A stretch of DNA of 63,093 bases, counting the filler, from Reticulomyxa filosa (lineage: Eukaryota; Protista; Foraminifera), in the NCBI GenBank assembly GCA_000512085.1. It is 17 parts of 17 records of this genome, joined end to end, with 100 filler letters (N's around TTAATTAATTAA, not from the genome) between each part and the next. Parts side by side here need not be neighbours in the genome. Positions count along the whole stretch, not along the records: positions 7,436 to 13,702 come from ASPP01014806.1; positions 13,803 to 18,696 come from ASPP01011072.1; positions 18,797 to 25,427 come from ASPP01010628.1; 14 more parts are not named here. One strand, written 5' to 3'. The position numbers were made by a program, and so were the translations under genes. Positions 12,414 to 24,229 of the stretch are shown one piece after another; position 1 is the stretch's first letter; the number at the start of each line of letters is the position of its first letter. The notes under the pieces are model-generated. The model did no database searches, had not been told where the DNA came from, and saw only the letters and a list, made by a program, of their open reading frames with translations.

Positions 12414-13459
12414 TTGCTCGTTCACTGTTTCACTGTCTGCTTCTTCTCCGCTCTTGCTGTTGCTGTCTCTTTTAATTAAACCACTCTCTGGAAATGGGTT
12501 GAAGTCGTGAAGGGGGCGTCTCTCAAATTTTCGAGGAACTAGTTTCGGTTGGTTTGGTGTTGGATTTTTTCGCACACTAATGTCACGGCCTAACTCAAAT
12601 ATATCCGATTTTAACAATTTTTGCCCAAGATTTTGTACTAGATTCAAGATAAAGCCACCGCTTTTGAAGGCCAGCGCTTCTTTTTAGGTTCTATTTGGTT
12701 ACACGGATTTTTTTTACAAAAGCACGTTCACAAAAAAAAAAAATGATTTTTTTTTTTTTCTTGTTGTCACTGCGTTTACTTTGCAAAAACTTGGACGAAG
12801 CTTTCAACTTGCTGAAAGACATAGCTCTTTTAAAAAGGGAAAAAGTAAAAAAAATATTTGCAGTATCAGCGAACTATCTGTTTCAATGAGTGGAACGCCA
12901 TGTTTATACCGCAATCCCCTATTTCGGGTTATGGTTCCAATTCACAACGTTTTGTACTCTCAACCCTAATCTTTCGCTTTGGTGTTCATTTATATACACA
13001 TAAATAATGCAATGTATATTCTCTTTGGTAAATATCTAATTGCATAATTTCGAACCAGTGAAAGAATTGAAACACTTAAAGAACAAAATATCGAAACTGA
13101 AATCAGAATTGGAATCTCAGCAACACTCAATAAGAAAAGTGAAACGGAATCTCAAACGAAAACACCCAACTCACAAAATGACAAAGTGTAAACCCGAAGC
13201 AGACTTTGACGCTGTTGCAGAGGATGCATAGAGTCAGTACGCCACTCTTGCAGACAACAACTTTTTGTCAAACTTCAAGCGAATCTGCACTTGCAAATCG
13301 ATTAGTTTCCGATGGGAGCACAAACACAAAGAGTGATAAAATATTCCAAAACAAACTATGTTTTGATGTAAAACATAAACGGGGAAATCCCAAAGGTTGA
13401 AACTAGAAGTTTTACTCAAGCTGTATTGTTTTTGTTATTGTTTGTAAATTTAAAAAGAA

Positions 13460-13696
13460 ATGAGAGAAGTTCTCACAATTGAAGTCGGTCAAGCCGGCAT
13501 ACAATTAGGCAACGCCATTTGGGAACAATACTGTGCAGAGCACGGAATTGACAACGCTGGCAAAAGAAAAGAAAACTCTGGAAAAGATGATTCTTTTAAG
13601 GTCTTCTTTGAAGAGACAGGTAGTGGCCAATTTGTTCATCACAACCTTGCAGTTAAGTGCTCCATTTGGCGTTTCGCTTTTTCCGCATACGTATAA
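13460..13696 (+). CDS. Divergent alpha-tubulin N-terminal fragment (truncated or pseudogenic)
   Basis: [47 protein letters not shown] matches the alpha-tubulin N-terminus. The conserved VPR reads VHH, and similarity ends at ~13651, just before the contig end. Confidence 0.85.
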   Translation: MREVLTIEVGQAGIQLGNAIWEQYCAEHGIDNAGKRKENSGKDDSFKVFFEETGSGQFVHHNLAVKCSIWRFAFSAYV

Positions 13697-13870
13697 TAGA
13701 CGNNNNNNNNNNNNNNNNNNNNNNNNNNNNNNNNNNNNNNNNNNNNTTAATTAATTAANNNNNNNNNNNNNNNNNNNNNNNNNNNNNNNNNNNNNNNNNN
13801 NNCTTTTTTTTTTTTTTTTTAAAAAAAAAAGGACATTATTTTCATACCAAAAAAAAAAAAAAAAAATAAG

Positions 13871-14491
13871 TTAACAAATAACAAATGGATAAATAATAAT
13901 AACAATAATAATAAACTTGACAAACAACACCATACAAAAACCACTGATAACGATATCCCAAATGGCGACGAGAATGACGGCCCAATAGGGAGAATGAAAT
14001 GTACATGAATCAAAGACGGTGGACAAACCGTCGATAAAGAACACGCTGATTGCTAGCAACATCAATGCAAAGAGTGCAATGGCGATATGGACAGAGCGTA
14101 GAAAAGTCTTGGAATAGCGGAAGGAGGACCCTTTAAACACCATCTCCACTCGCAGCACAAACACGTTGTACAAAAAAAAACGTCCGAGGATAAAACACCA
14201 CGTCAGTGCTTGGATGCGCACGTAACACAGCTTGCGTGACATATTAAACTCGATCACCGATAGTACACTTACCATCCCAAATGTGACAAACGCCAATATC
14301 GTGCATGCGGGTAACAGTCGGTTATTTGTCCGCATTTGCGAGTGTCCACCCGTCGAACCCGCTAGTCGAGAACACTGATTACGTATCGTTTGACAATAGA
14401 TCGCCAACAGCGAAAATATTACCGTCATTGACAAACTCACTGTTATCTGGTACGACAAGCGTACCATTGGATCTGACCAACTTATTTTCAT
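13871..14491 (-). CDS. Multi-pass membrane protein (7TM/GPCR-like family), TM1-TM5, 3'-truncated
   Basis: Five hydrophobic helices, Cys in the presumptive extracellular loops, and an LRVEMVFKGSSFRYS motif shared with the 19125-20269 protein. Confidence 0.7.
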   Translation of the reverse strand: MKISWSDPMVRLSYQITVSLSMTVIFSLLAIYCQTIRNQCSRLAGSTGGHSQMRTNNRLLPACTILAFVTFGMVSVLSVIEFNMSRKLCYVRIQALTWCFILGRFFLYNVFVLRVEMVFKGSSFRYSKTFLRSVHIAIALFALMLLAISVFFIDGLSTVFDSCTFHSPYWAVILVAIWDIVISGFCMVLFVKFIIIVIIIYPFVIC

Positions 14492-15201
14492 TCTTTTTTT
14501 TTTTTGGACGGAATTAAACAAAATTCTTTTAGAAAAATCTTTTCTTTCAAAGTTGGGTTTACAAAAAAATATCTCAACATAGAAATGAACTTTTAGACTA
14601 TCTATTGTTTCTGCTGTCCTTACAATTAATTTGTTTCACTTTTATCAAGGGAGCAGAACCAAAGAAATAGTAACTAAAACAATATTGTATATTTTCTTTT
14701 TTAATTAAGTTTATCCTAAAAAAATGAATAGTATTATCGAATTATAACACCAGTTGAAACTATAATTATCATTCTACTTTTTTTTCATGCTAAAATTTCA
14801 TCGCTTTTAGAACATTTGATAAAATAATGAATTATGTGTGATTAAAGAGACGAACACTTTTATCCTCTAATCTTGATAATATTATCAATAATTCCTGATT
14901 TATTTAATTTATATTGATACTATAAAATATAATTTTTTGCTCTTTGAATGTAATCAATTGTTTGGTTGTTTCAACATCCCACAATAAATTTTTACAGCAA
15001 GTTTAGAACACAAATATCTGTCATTCCAATATCCCAAAACAAATGAATTTGTCATTTGATGAAGGAAAAATGACATTATCGTAAAAATTTCACACATTCA
15101 TAACTTGAATATCCATTAAGTTATGTCAACGCAAAAAATTCATTCCGTTTCGAAAAAAATATTTTAAAAATAATCTCAAGCTTTACTATTTTTTGCCTCA
15201 A

Positions 15202-17970
15202 ATGGAACAACTTCAAGTCTTGTTCAGCACAATTGAAGCAGAGATTGTTTCAAAAACCTGGAATTTATGTAATGAAAACTTGGATGAGACAAGCATGGTC
15301 CTGAGCTTCATCGCGGAGAATAAGTTAAAACTAGAAATATTTTTTAAAACTGATATTAATAACACATTAATTATAGCACAACTTCCCAACAGCAATTGTA
15401 TTTAATGGAGTTATTAGAAAAATTTGATAATATTGATAAAACGACTATTTTGCGAACATGGAAACAATCTAATCAAATTTATTACGATACAATTGTAAAA
15501 TTAAGGAAGGCTGTTTCTACTTACAACATCAATAAGTTAAAAATTACCACAAAAAAAAAAAAAAAATTATTCGAGAATAAGCGTTATTTATGTATACTTA
15601 GCATTAAAGAAAGGAATGAAATGAAAATTATGAGAGAAGTATGTTTGTATATATTGTGGAATATAATATCTTATCCCACAAATATGAAATATCGTCAAAT
15701 CAGCACAAATTCATTTTATCAAATTTTAAAACGTAAGTGTGATTCATTGAGTGTAAATGTGGATGAATTATTTGTAGATGTGGAATATTTTTTAAAAGAG
15801 TGGGGCTTTCAAAAAGGAAATGATTGTAATTGGTATTATCATGAAGACATTCAATTGCTATTGTTATGGAAATGTTATCAATCATGGATTTACGAACAGC
15901 CAATGTATTATTTGTTTATCTTTGAATTGTCATATCTATAAATAACAAGTGTTTACAAATAAAAACATATTAAAACAAAGTTACAAAACAAGAGTGAATA
16001 TTCCAGGAACAATATGTATGTTATCAAACGGAAAATGGAAAAAATATGAGGTTATATTTGATTATGAATATCGAAGAATTGTGTTATTGAATGGAAAAAT
16101 TTAAAAGTAAAAACATTACAAGTTGGAAATCCAAAGAGATCGTCATTGGAATTCAATGTTCATATTCAATGGTATAATGATTGTTCTGAAATTCAAACAA
16201 GTTGTATCAAATACTGTTGTCTCATTCTTGACCATTCTTGGCATTTACGCACAATAAACTACTTTGACAGAGAACACTTATCGAATTGTTGTTCAGTTGA
16301 GATTTGTTAATTACATTCAATACATTTTATTTGTATTTTTTTTTTTTACATTCATTTATGAATAGGAGTTTAATTCATTTCAAGCTATTCATAACAGAGA
16401 TAATGTAAATATATTTAAAGAGCCGTTGAACCCTTATTCAATGACTTTGAAACAAGGACTTCAATGCTTCAAAGAGAAATTGCAAATAAGACAACAGTCT
16501 CTGACTGGAGAAGATGAACTGGTACGTTTCAACTGTAATTTTGATAAGTGTAAGCCACCAATTCCACTCGATATCAATGAAGATATATTATTGAATGATA
16601 TCTACAAACATCTCCCTCATTATCCAAATATACAAGTTAATTGGAATATATTAAGCTTATTCGTGGTACCTTATAAACATACTATTTGCATTGAAAGAAC
16701 TGACGTACCAAAAAATATTATAAATGAAGATATTGTCAGTTTATCAAATCAAAAACCTAAGTTTAACCCATTATTGTATGAGTGTGACTTTCATAAATTT
16801 AAAATTATTGAAGATACTGTAACTCGAATTTATACATCAAGTAAAAACGAATTGAAATTATTATTACACGAAGTGATAAAAAATGGCTATTTGAGTGATT
16901 TAATCACATGTCAATACAAAAATAATAAAAGAGAGGAAAAACAACGTTATGAAAATATCAAACAACAAATTCATTATAAAGACTCCAATGCAGATGAATT
17001 GATATTAAATGATAAAATATTAACAATAATCAATGAATTGGAGACATTGTATCATGAAGACATTCATAAACAAATAGGATATCCACTTTCATTAGAAAAT
17101 ATTTGTGCAATTTTATTGTATTGTGGAAAAGCATGTAATGTTGAATTTAGTTATGATCAGATACATTTTCAACATTTTAAATGGAAATCTTTGGATAAAT
17201 GTTTGCAAAGTGCTATTATGATTTTGCATACACATGAACGAAGAGAAGAAGAGAACATTGAATTATATTGTGGATTGAAAGGAGTAAGATTGAAGAATGA
17301 AAAAGAAATCAAAGCAGGATTTTTCATAAGTCATATAAGTACTTCTGATGATTTGCAAGTTGCAAAGATGTTTAGAACTGATCAAGGTTGTATTTTACAT
17401 TTTCACTCTTCTATGAGACGAGCAAATCTAATTGACAGCTGTGATGTATCGTGGATATCTCCATACAAACATGAACGTGAAATTTTGTTTGCAAGAACAA
17501 GAACAGAGTTCAATTTTGATGAGAAAAAACATAAAGAACTAATTGCATGGAATGCAAAAATAGAGAGTGAAGATAAAAAAACACAAATGATATTATTAAC
17601 ATGGGCAATGCATGATCAATTCATCCAACAAACTGTGAATATTAGCAAGATTTGGAATCATTCCATTGACTTAAATCTCATTCACATGATTTTATTCAAT
17701 ACTCAAGGAAATGTGGATCTAACTATTCAGTGTTTAGCTACATTTAAAGAATGGAGAATGCAACCAAACAATAAAAAAAAATACGAAGAAATAAAAAATG
17801 AATTTTTAGAAAGACGTTGCTGTAATCATCATATCAATTTTTTTTTTATTTTTTTTGAAAAAGAAGTTCCAGAGTACACATCCATTGAACTAGCCATACT
17901 ATTTACTCTCTTAAATGGATTACCGTTTGAGAAATTCGAAGAGAGTGAAAGGACAACGAATAAAAAATGA
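15202..17970 (+). CDS. Multidomain ADP-ribosyltransferase-family protein (CUE-like x2, PUB-like, PH-like, ART, CUE/UBA-like); multi-exon, with a 1-nt frameshift at the A5 run 16095-16099
   Basis: ART (R-S-E clade) motifs LYCGL...FISHISTSDDLQVAKMF...GCILHF...DVSWISPYKHEREILF. PUB-like NIISYPTNMKYRQI...LKEWGF. CUE-like LQVLFSTIEAEIVSKTWNLCNENLDETSMVL and IDLNLIHMILFNTQGNVDLTIQCL. Short GT-AG introns join the ORF pieces in frame. Confidence 0.75.
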
Positions 17971-18471
17971 AAATTGTACGTTATTTGTTGTATTACAATT
18001 ATAGACAAGTAGTAAGAATTATAAATGCAAGCCAATTACAGAATTCAATATTGTTTTTTTTTCTTTGTCCAAGTGGTTGTCTCTGTCAAAGTATATTTTT
18101 TGTATTGATTGGTAAAGAAAAAAATATTTATAAGCACCAAAAAACATTCATACCAATATAAAAAAAAATTACATTTTTATGTATACAAAAGAATTTTGGA
18201 AATAATGTGTAACTTTCAAAAGGTTAAACACTGAATCAGAAAACACCTTTTGTCATGTTCAAAACGAATATCTTTTGAATCTATAATGGTCTTGCGTCAC
18301 AACTTCGTTTAAAATTTTTTTGCGCCAAGGATATCTGGAATGTCCCTGAAAACTACTAAAATTTGATAGCCTTGATTCGAAACAAAAAATATTTCAAGCA
18401 TGATTTTGTGTTGGATTACATACAAACTTCAAACAAAGTATTTCAAATTTTGTTTTTTATTGATTATTTAT

Positions 18472-18696
18472 TTAAAAAAACCACCATCTTGATGAAGACG
18501 AAGTTTCTCCCCAAATATTAATGGATCTATCAAATGAACCATAACACAAATTATAGCCACAGTCCTTCTTTGTATTTTCATTGTTTTTTTCATTCTTTTT
18601 CAATGGTATAAATTTAATACATGTTATAAAATCCTTTCCATTGATCACATAAAATTCCTTCTTATTTGATCGAATATCCCAAAAACGAATTGTATT
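18472..18696 (-). CDS. WD40-repeat protein, C-terminal fragment
   Basis: The minus strand reads NTIRFWDIRSNK...CIKF...NLCYGSFDRSINIWG with a stop at 18472. This is the same terminal blade as the other WD40 paralogs in the window. Confidence 0.8.
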   Translation of the reverse strand, partial: NTIRFWDIRSNKKEFYVINGKDFITCIKFIPLKKNEKNNENTKKDCGYNLCYGSFDRSINIWGETSSSSRWWFF

Positions 18697-19124
18697 NNNN
18701 NNNNNNNNNNNNNNNNNNNNNNNNNNNNNNNNNNNNNNNNTTAATTAATTAANNNNNNNNNNNNNNNNNNNNNNNNNNNNNNNNNNNNNNNNNNNNTAAA
18801 ATTTCAAAATGAATTTCAAACATTGTTAGTGTAAAATAAGATTCTTGACTTTGCTTCGTTCTCTTTCAAAACAACTTTTCAGTCAAGTTGTGAATGACGA
18901 CTTTGTCTAATTTTTTTTTAGATCAAAATAAATAACTTACTTAGATTGAAAAAAGATGCTGCAAAAAAATTTCGAAAGATAAAAAAAATTAAAATAATAT
19001 TTAAAAACTACACTACTTGTAAATAAAAAGCCCGCACACATGGACGAAAAAACAACCGTTCCTGTACTAGTATTTTTTTCAAGGTCTTCTACGCCCTCTT
19101 TTAAAGAAGATTGTTGTATAAATT

Positions 19125-20269
19125 ATGTCAGAGCTCTTAGCGACGTATATCATTTATTGGGCAGCGACAGTAGTGATACTACTGCTGTTGCTAGTGCATG
19201 TGGTGAATTGGTGTCGTGAAGATACGGAGATGGACAACCGGCAAAACCCATTTGCGTCCTGTGGTTGGTCATTAGGGAGGAATGTGACGTACAGCAGGAT
19301 AATAAATGTGTTGGTGGTGTGTGCAACGTAAGTGGTGTAATATCAATGTTGCCAGTGACATTGTGTCACTACGGGACGGAAAAGGCATGTTTTGATTCAG
19401 GTGAGACGTTGTTGTTGCCATGGATAGCGTATTGTTTCCACAAATACTTTATCTACGAATGTTTGCTGACGAGATTGCAAGCTTCCTTTGCAGGAAGTAC
19501 ATATGCATACAAAGGGTCGTTGCCAATGGCGTTACATGCAATTTTCTTTGTGGCCACAGCGGTGCATTTGTTATGGTTTTTCTTTTTAAAGGACGCTATT
19601 ATCGATACGTACGCACATCAATTGGGCATTGGTAAGCGAAAGCAGTTTTATTTTCCACCGTTGATATGTCTGGGCGTGGTGGACATAGTGCTCAATGCCT
19701 TGCTGGTGTATTGTTTCTCCAAGCCACTGATCAAGTTGACACGACAACAGCACTGGTATATTGTGGGCAAAGAATTCGAACTGACAGCGACGACGACGGC
19801 GACAATGACTGATGGCTTGAGCAATACAAATACCGGCGCTAATGCGAGCAATAATAATGCTCACCGAACAACAGAAACGGAAGCCACAATGGCGGTTCAT
19901 GCATCCCAGGAATCCAAGTCGCATGTCCATGGTACCAGTGAAATGTCATTGAAATCTTTGGGTCGCGAACCATCAGCCAAGACCAAAGAATTTATGGAAA
20001 ATTCAACGCTGTATGATTTGTTGGTACGTGTCAATGTCATCACGTGGACTATGGTACTCGTTACTACGTTCAATTTGCTCATGGTATTCTTCCAAGTCAC
20101 TAGTATCATCTTCGCCATTGACATTGTCCTCAATTGCCTCGGGCTTATGTTCGCCTTTCGGAAATACAGACCTGCCTACCAGGTTATATGTTGTTGTTGC
20201 CATCATACTCTTAGTCAGATCGGTGCCCGTTTCCTGTTTTTAGTCGACCTGGAACCGGTTTCTTCCTGA
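19125..20269 (+). CDS. 7TM/GPCR-like membrane protein with an apparent 1-nt frameshift near 19328
   Basis: Two overlapping ORFs (19125-19331 and 19265-20269) together give about 7 hydrophobic helices, a long Thr/Asn-rich third intracellular loop, and a helix-8-like segment followed by CCCC (palmitoylation-like). Confidence 0.7.
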
Positions 20270-20779
20270 TTACGATTGCTAATACCTAATTCACCCCTTT
20301 TTTTTCCCCCCCCCCCCCTTTTTTGTCACGTTTTTATCTCTTCACATACATCACCGTGTTTAAAAGGCTTTCTTTAATCAGTTTGTTTTTCTTTCTTTTT
20401 TTATATACGGATGTTGTGAGTATACGTAATGCGTATTATCAAAAGACTTATGCAAAGTGAGAGTGTTTGGCAGATTTTTAAGTGATTTTTTTGTATGATT
20501 GAGAAAATATGCGTCTTTAAAAGTCTTTTTATAGCAATGAATATATTTCTTGGGATACACTTGTAAAAAAAAATTCTGCCAAAAAATTTTCCTACCAAGA
20601 TTTTTTTTCTTCTTGTTTGGCAGTATTTTGTCCCTTTTTCTTTTGAAAGTCGCACTAACAATTAGCATTAACTGCTTCTTTTCTTGTACGTGGCAGATCT
20701 TAGGAGAATTTGTTTTCCTTGCAGTATCTTTTTTTTTTGCTTAACAGCTGATTTTTAAAATCATTGTCTCAAAATTAAG

Positions 20780-22185
20780 ATACTTTTCTCAATGTCTTGT
20801 TCAATAATATACACGTCATCACTAAACCAAAACCGAAAGACATTTTTAAAAATGAGTAAGACAGAAGATTAAAAAAACAAAGTGACACGAAAACTGACTC
20901 TGGCGCTCAAATGAGAAAGTAATGATCGGAGAGAATTAGTTAAATCAATTTCTTAGTGAAAACTCAAATTCTTTTCCAGTCGAACAGCATAATAATTGTT
21001 TATATTCTTAAAGTCGATTGGCAAAACGATCTATTGGAGAATTAGATGTATGTCTATGACAATTTGAACAAGATCAAAATCTACAGTTGTCAGCTCAAAG
21101 AGATAAAATAACGAAATGTAATTTTAAGGAAAAATTAAATAAATAGATTATCAGCTGAAAAACTCTTGTTGCTTACAAGTAGTGAAATATTTGATGTAAT
21201 TATACTTGCACAAAATCAAAAAGAATATAATAACAATGATATCAAAAATTAGTGTTGTTTGATGTCTACTGTAGATAGCTACACTAAATGTAATACGAAA
21301 AGGTTTTACTCGAATTTATAGTGGCTTCAGTAAAACAAAGTAAATTAAATAACAAAAATGAATAACTCAATAATTAAGAAGAAAACAAACAATAAGTGAA
21401 GAAAAGTTAGTAGATAAGTTTAACCCAATGATAGCTACTCAGTTCAATAAGTGTTCAGCCATGTGTAATAGGACTTGCCCTGCAGTATATTCGTTTAAAG
21501 TTCTCAAAACATTAAGTGTAGAATAATAATAATAAAAAACATGCGACAAACAAAAAATTGGAATATAAAAAAAATCAAAAAAACAATCTCACAAAGCAAC
21601 AAAAACAAAATAAATGAACAAATAAGCAAAAAAAACTTTTAAAATAAAAAAAATGTCCATTTAAAAACTACACAATTCGCATATTTTCCAAAAAAAATTC
21701 GATTAATATTGTTTTTTCATTGAGAAAATCATAAAGTGACGTTTTATATGTCAAATTTCTTTTTTATTCTAATGTATATTGAAACAATTCATTATACTTA
21801 ATGATATTAACATTATGATATTGTGTAAAATATTGACCAAATAAATTAGTAATACAATATTATCTTGATCAATTGATCAAAGTGTTTGTTTGTTGGATAT
21901 TCGAACTGGCAAACAAATTCAAACATTCTATGTAAGTGATAGTGTATATTCTATTGAATATACTCTATTTATATTAATTCAAATGTAATATGTTCAGCAC
22001 TAGTTGATAATACAATTCGTTTGTGATATTCAAGCAAGTAATTATATGTACATATAAGACAAAAAACAGTTGTTGAATATGTTGTATTAAACTTCTAATG
22101 CCGAAAAAGAAAGAAAAAAGCAAATGTAGCAGATAGTGTACGTCGTGTTATGGCTCTTGCAACGGTCCCATTCGTATTTGTGATA
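20780..22185 (+). pseudogene. Decayed RING/TRAF-like, coiled-coil and WD40 gene
   Basis: Broken-frame remnants: GEN*LNQFLSENSNSFPVEQHNNCLYS*SRLAKRSIGELDV (~20925-21055), DQSVCLLDIRTGKQIQTF (~21875-21930), DNTIRL*DI (~22005) and CYGSCNGPIRI (~22145-22180). Confidence 0.65.
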
Positions 22186-22802
22186 CGCCTTTGCCCAAAA
22201 AGGAATAAAAATATCTAGACTTTTTTCTCTCTCGAAAAACCAAACAAAAGGCATTGTATTTCTGACTTAATTGAATGTATCAGTAAATATTTTTATTTTT
22301 TCCAAACATTAAATAAGAAAACAAAAATTTAGTTTTTTTTGAAAACTCCAAAAGCACTAATTTTTGAGAAAATATTGATTACGTAAATATTGTCAAAAAA
22401 TATAATTTAACCAGAGTATGTTTTGTGATAAAAGTCAAAAAAAGAAAATTTTTTATGGACTAAATGGTTCAGTAGTGAGAGAACAAAGTGCGTAGCCTTG
22501 AAGCAAGCATCGATAAGATAGAATGTATTGGAGAATAAGGAAATTAAAAATTACAAACTATGGTTTTAATCATAACTGTTTAAAAAAAAAAAAAAAAAGA
22601 GGTATAAGTGTGCAATGAGAACTAATTAGTATCAGAAAATTGTTTATGAGTCTTATAGTTTGATCTTGCGAAGGGGTCCATTGACTTTGATTTGTGCCCT
22701 CTGTTGTGTTGAGTTTTGCTAACTTGTTTGGGATTGGAAAAAGAGGAGGATGAGGATTTATTCGCCTCATGTTTGAGGCCATACGAAGAAGAAGAAGATT
22801 GT

Positions 22803-23520
22803 TTATGTGTGTGTTTGCTGTTGTGTTTGTGTGTGTTTGCTGTTGTGTTTATGTGCTTTATCTTTGCTATAGTTTCGTGAATATGAATTGGCTTTTGTCC
22901 TACCATTCCAGCCATTGGTAGCATGTAAGCCTCTTTCCCTTTCTTCTTTCCTCTCTCTCTCTTCATCTTCATCTTCATCATCATCACCATCTTCTCCTTT
23001 TTCTCCCTCTTCTTCTTCTTCTTCTTCTCTATCATCATTTCTTTTTCCTCTCGTTTCCAAAGTGCTTGCATTGGCCTCGTCAGCAAACACGTCTGCGTTA
23101 TCATCCGCGGACGTTTCCAAGCTCAGAGGGGCGTTTTCAAAGCAAACCAGCTCTCCGAACGCAGCCTCCAAGTCATTGTAATTGAGCGAGTCTTTCATTT
23201 GGTCGATTTTGCTCTGGTCGCAGTTGCCGTCTTTGACCAGCCGTTGCGTCACGTACGGCAAATACTGCGGGAACGCCAGGAACATTTGATGACTGGACAA
23301 ATTAAAGAGCCGAGGGATGCTGAACAACTCGTTGTACTGGTGATAGCGGACTTTGCAATAATGGAAAAACTCAATCCTCCCAAATTTGTGCCATTCACTT
23401 AACAGCACTTTGGGATGTTCGATGAGAGTATACTTGAGTTTTTCATGGACAGATAATTCATGGTCGTCTCGTCCTTGTCTTTTGTTTTCATCATTGTCAC
23501 TATCATTTAAAGTTATTGTC

Positions 23521-23558
<38 letters not shown>

Positions 23559-24229
23559 CGATGATGGTGAAAAGATAAAATAATCAGTAAAAATTTAAAT
23601 TTGACGTGAATCGAACGTCGCGAATCAAAAGCGACAATGTAAGGCTCGGATTGCAAGAGAAACAACAACTCAGATTTGTCCAGTTGTAACAAGCGACATA
23701 AGCGCTCGACGTTGGACTGCAAATGGGCAACAGACTTCGATAGCACCAATGGGTTTTTGGTGACTAGTTTGTCCAAATCCATTTGTTCCAACAGTAGTCT
23801 TTGACTCTCGAGCTCAATGAGCTTTTTTTTTTCTTGCTGCTGCTGCGGCTGCCCTTCGAAGAGATTGATCCAATCTCTCTTGTACTCGTTCAACTTGCTT
23901 TCCATCTCCTCTGAGAGCAACGATGGCATCACGGCGATCATGTGACACAAGTCCGCCTTTGGGAACAACTCACGCAACTTGTGCACTTGCCTCTCCATCA
24001 CTGCTTTGTCTTGATACGTCTTATTTGTCTCTCCATATGTCAACAGCTCTTCTCTTTGCACGTCGTTCAATCCGATCCATTTCCAGTACATCGACATCTC
24101 GTCCTTCCAGGTAGCTTCACTCAATGTCGCGTTTCTCCATGATGACAATGTAATAAGATGTTTTCTTAGATTTTGCTGCGTTGAGGACGCTAACACAGGG
24201 ATTCTCAATAATGATCGAAGGCAATACAT
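22803..24229 (-). CDS. mTERF-like mitochondrial protein; intron ~23500-23605 contains a (GAT)n microsatellite
   Basis: Arg/Leu/Ser-rich N-terminal presequence (MYCLRSLLRIPVLASS). Repeated helical motifs IAVMPSLLS, LVTKNPLVLSKS, LLQSEPYIVAF and LIEHPKVLLSEW..RIEFF resemble mTERF repeats. Acidic low-complexity tail. Confidence 0.55.

Noticed and set aside
13040-13400. Small ORFs between CK2 alpha and tubulin
   Set aside because: Short, with non-ATG starts and no recognisable motif; cannot be supported as genes.
19328-19355. 28-nt GTAAGT...CCAG mini-intron to explain the 7TM frameshift
   Set aside because: Removing it leads into a frame that stops after about 12 codons and does not join the downstream ORF.
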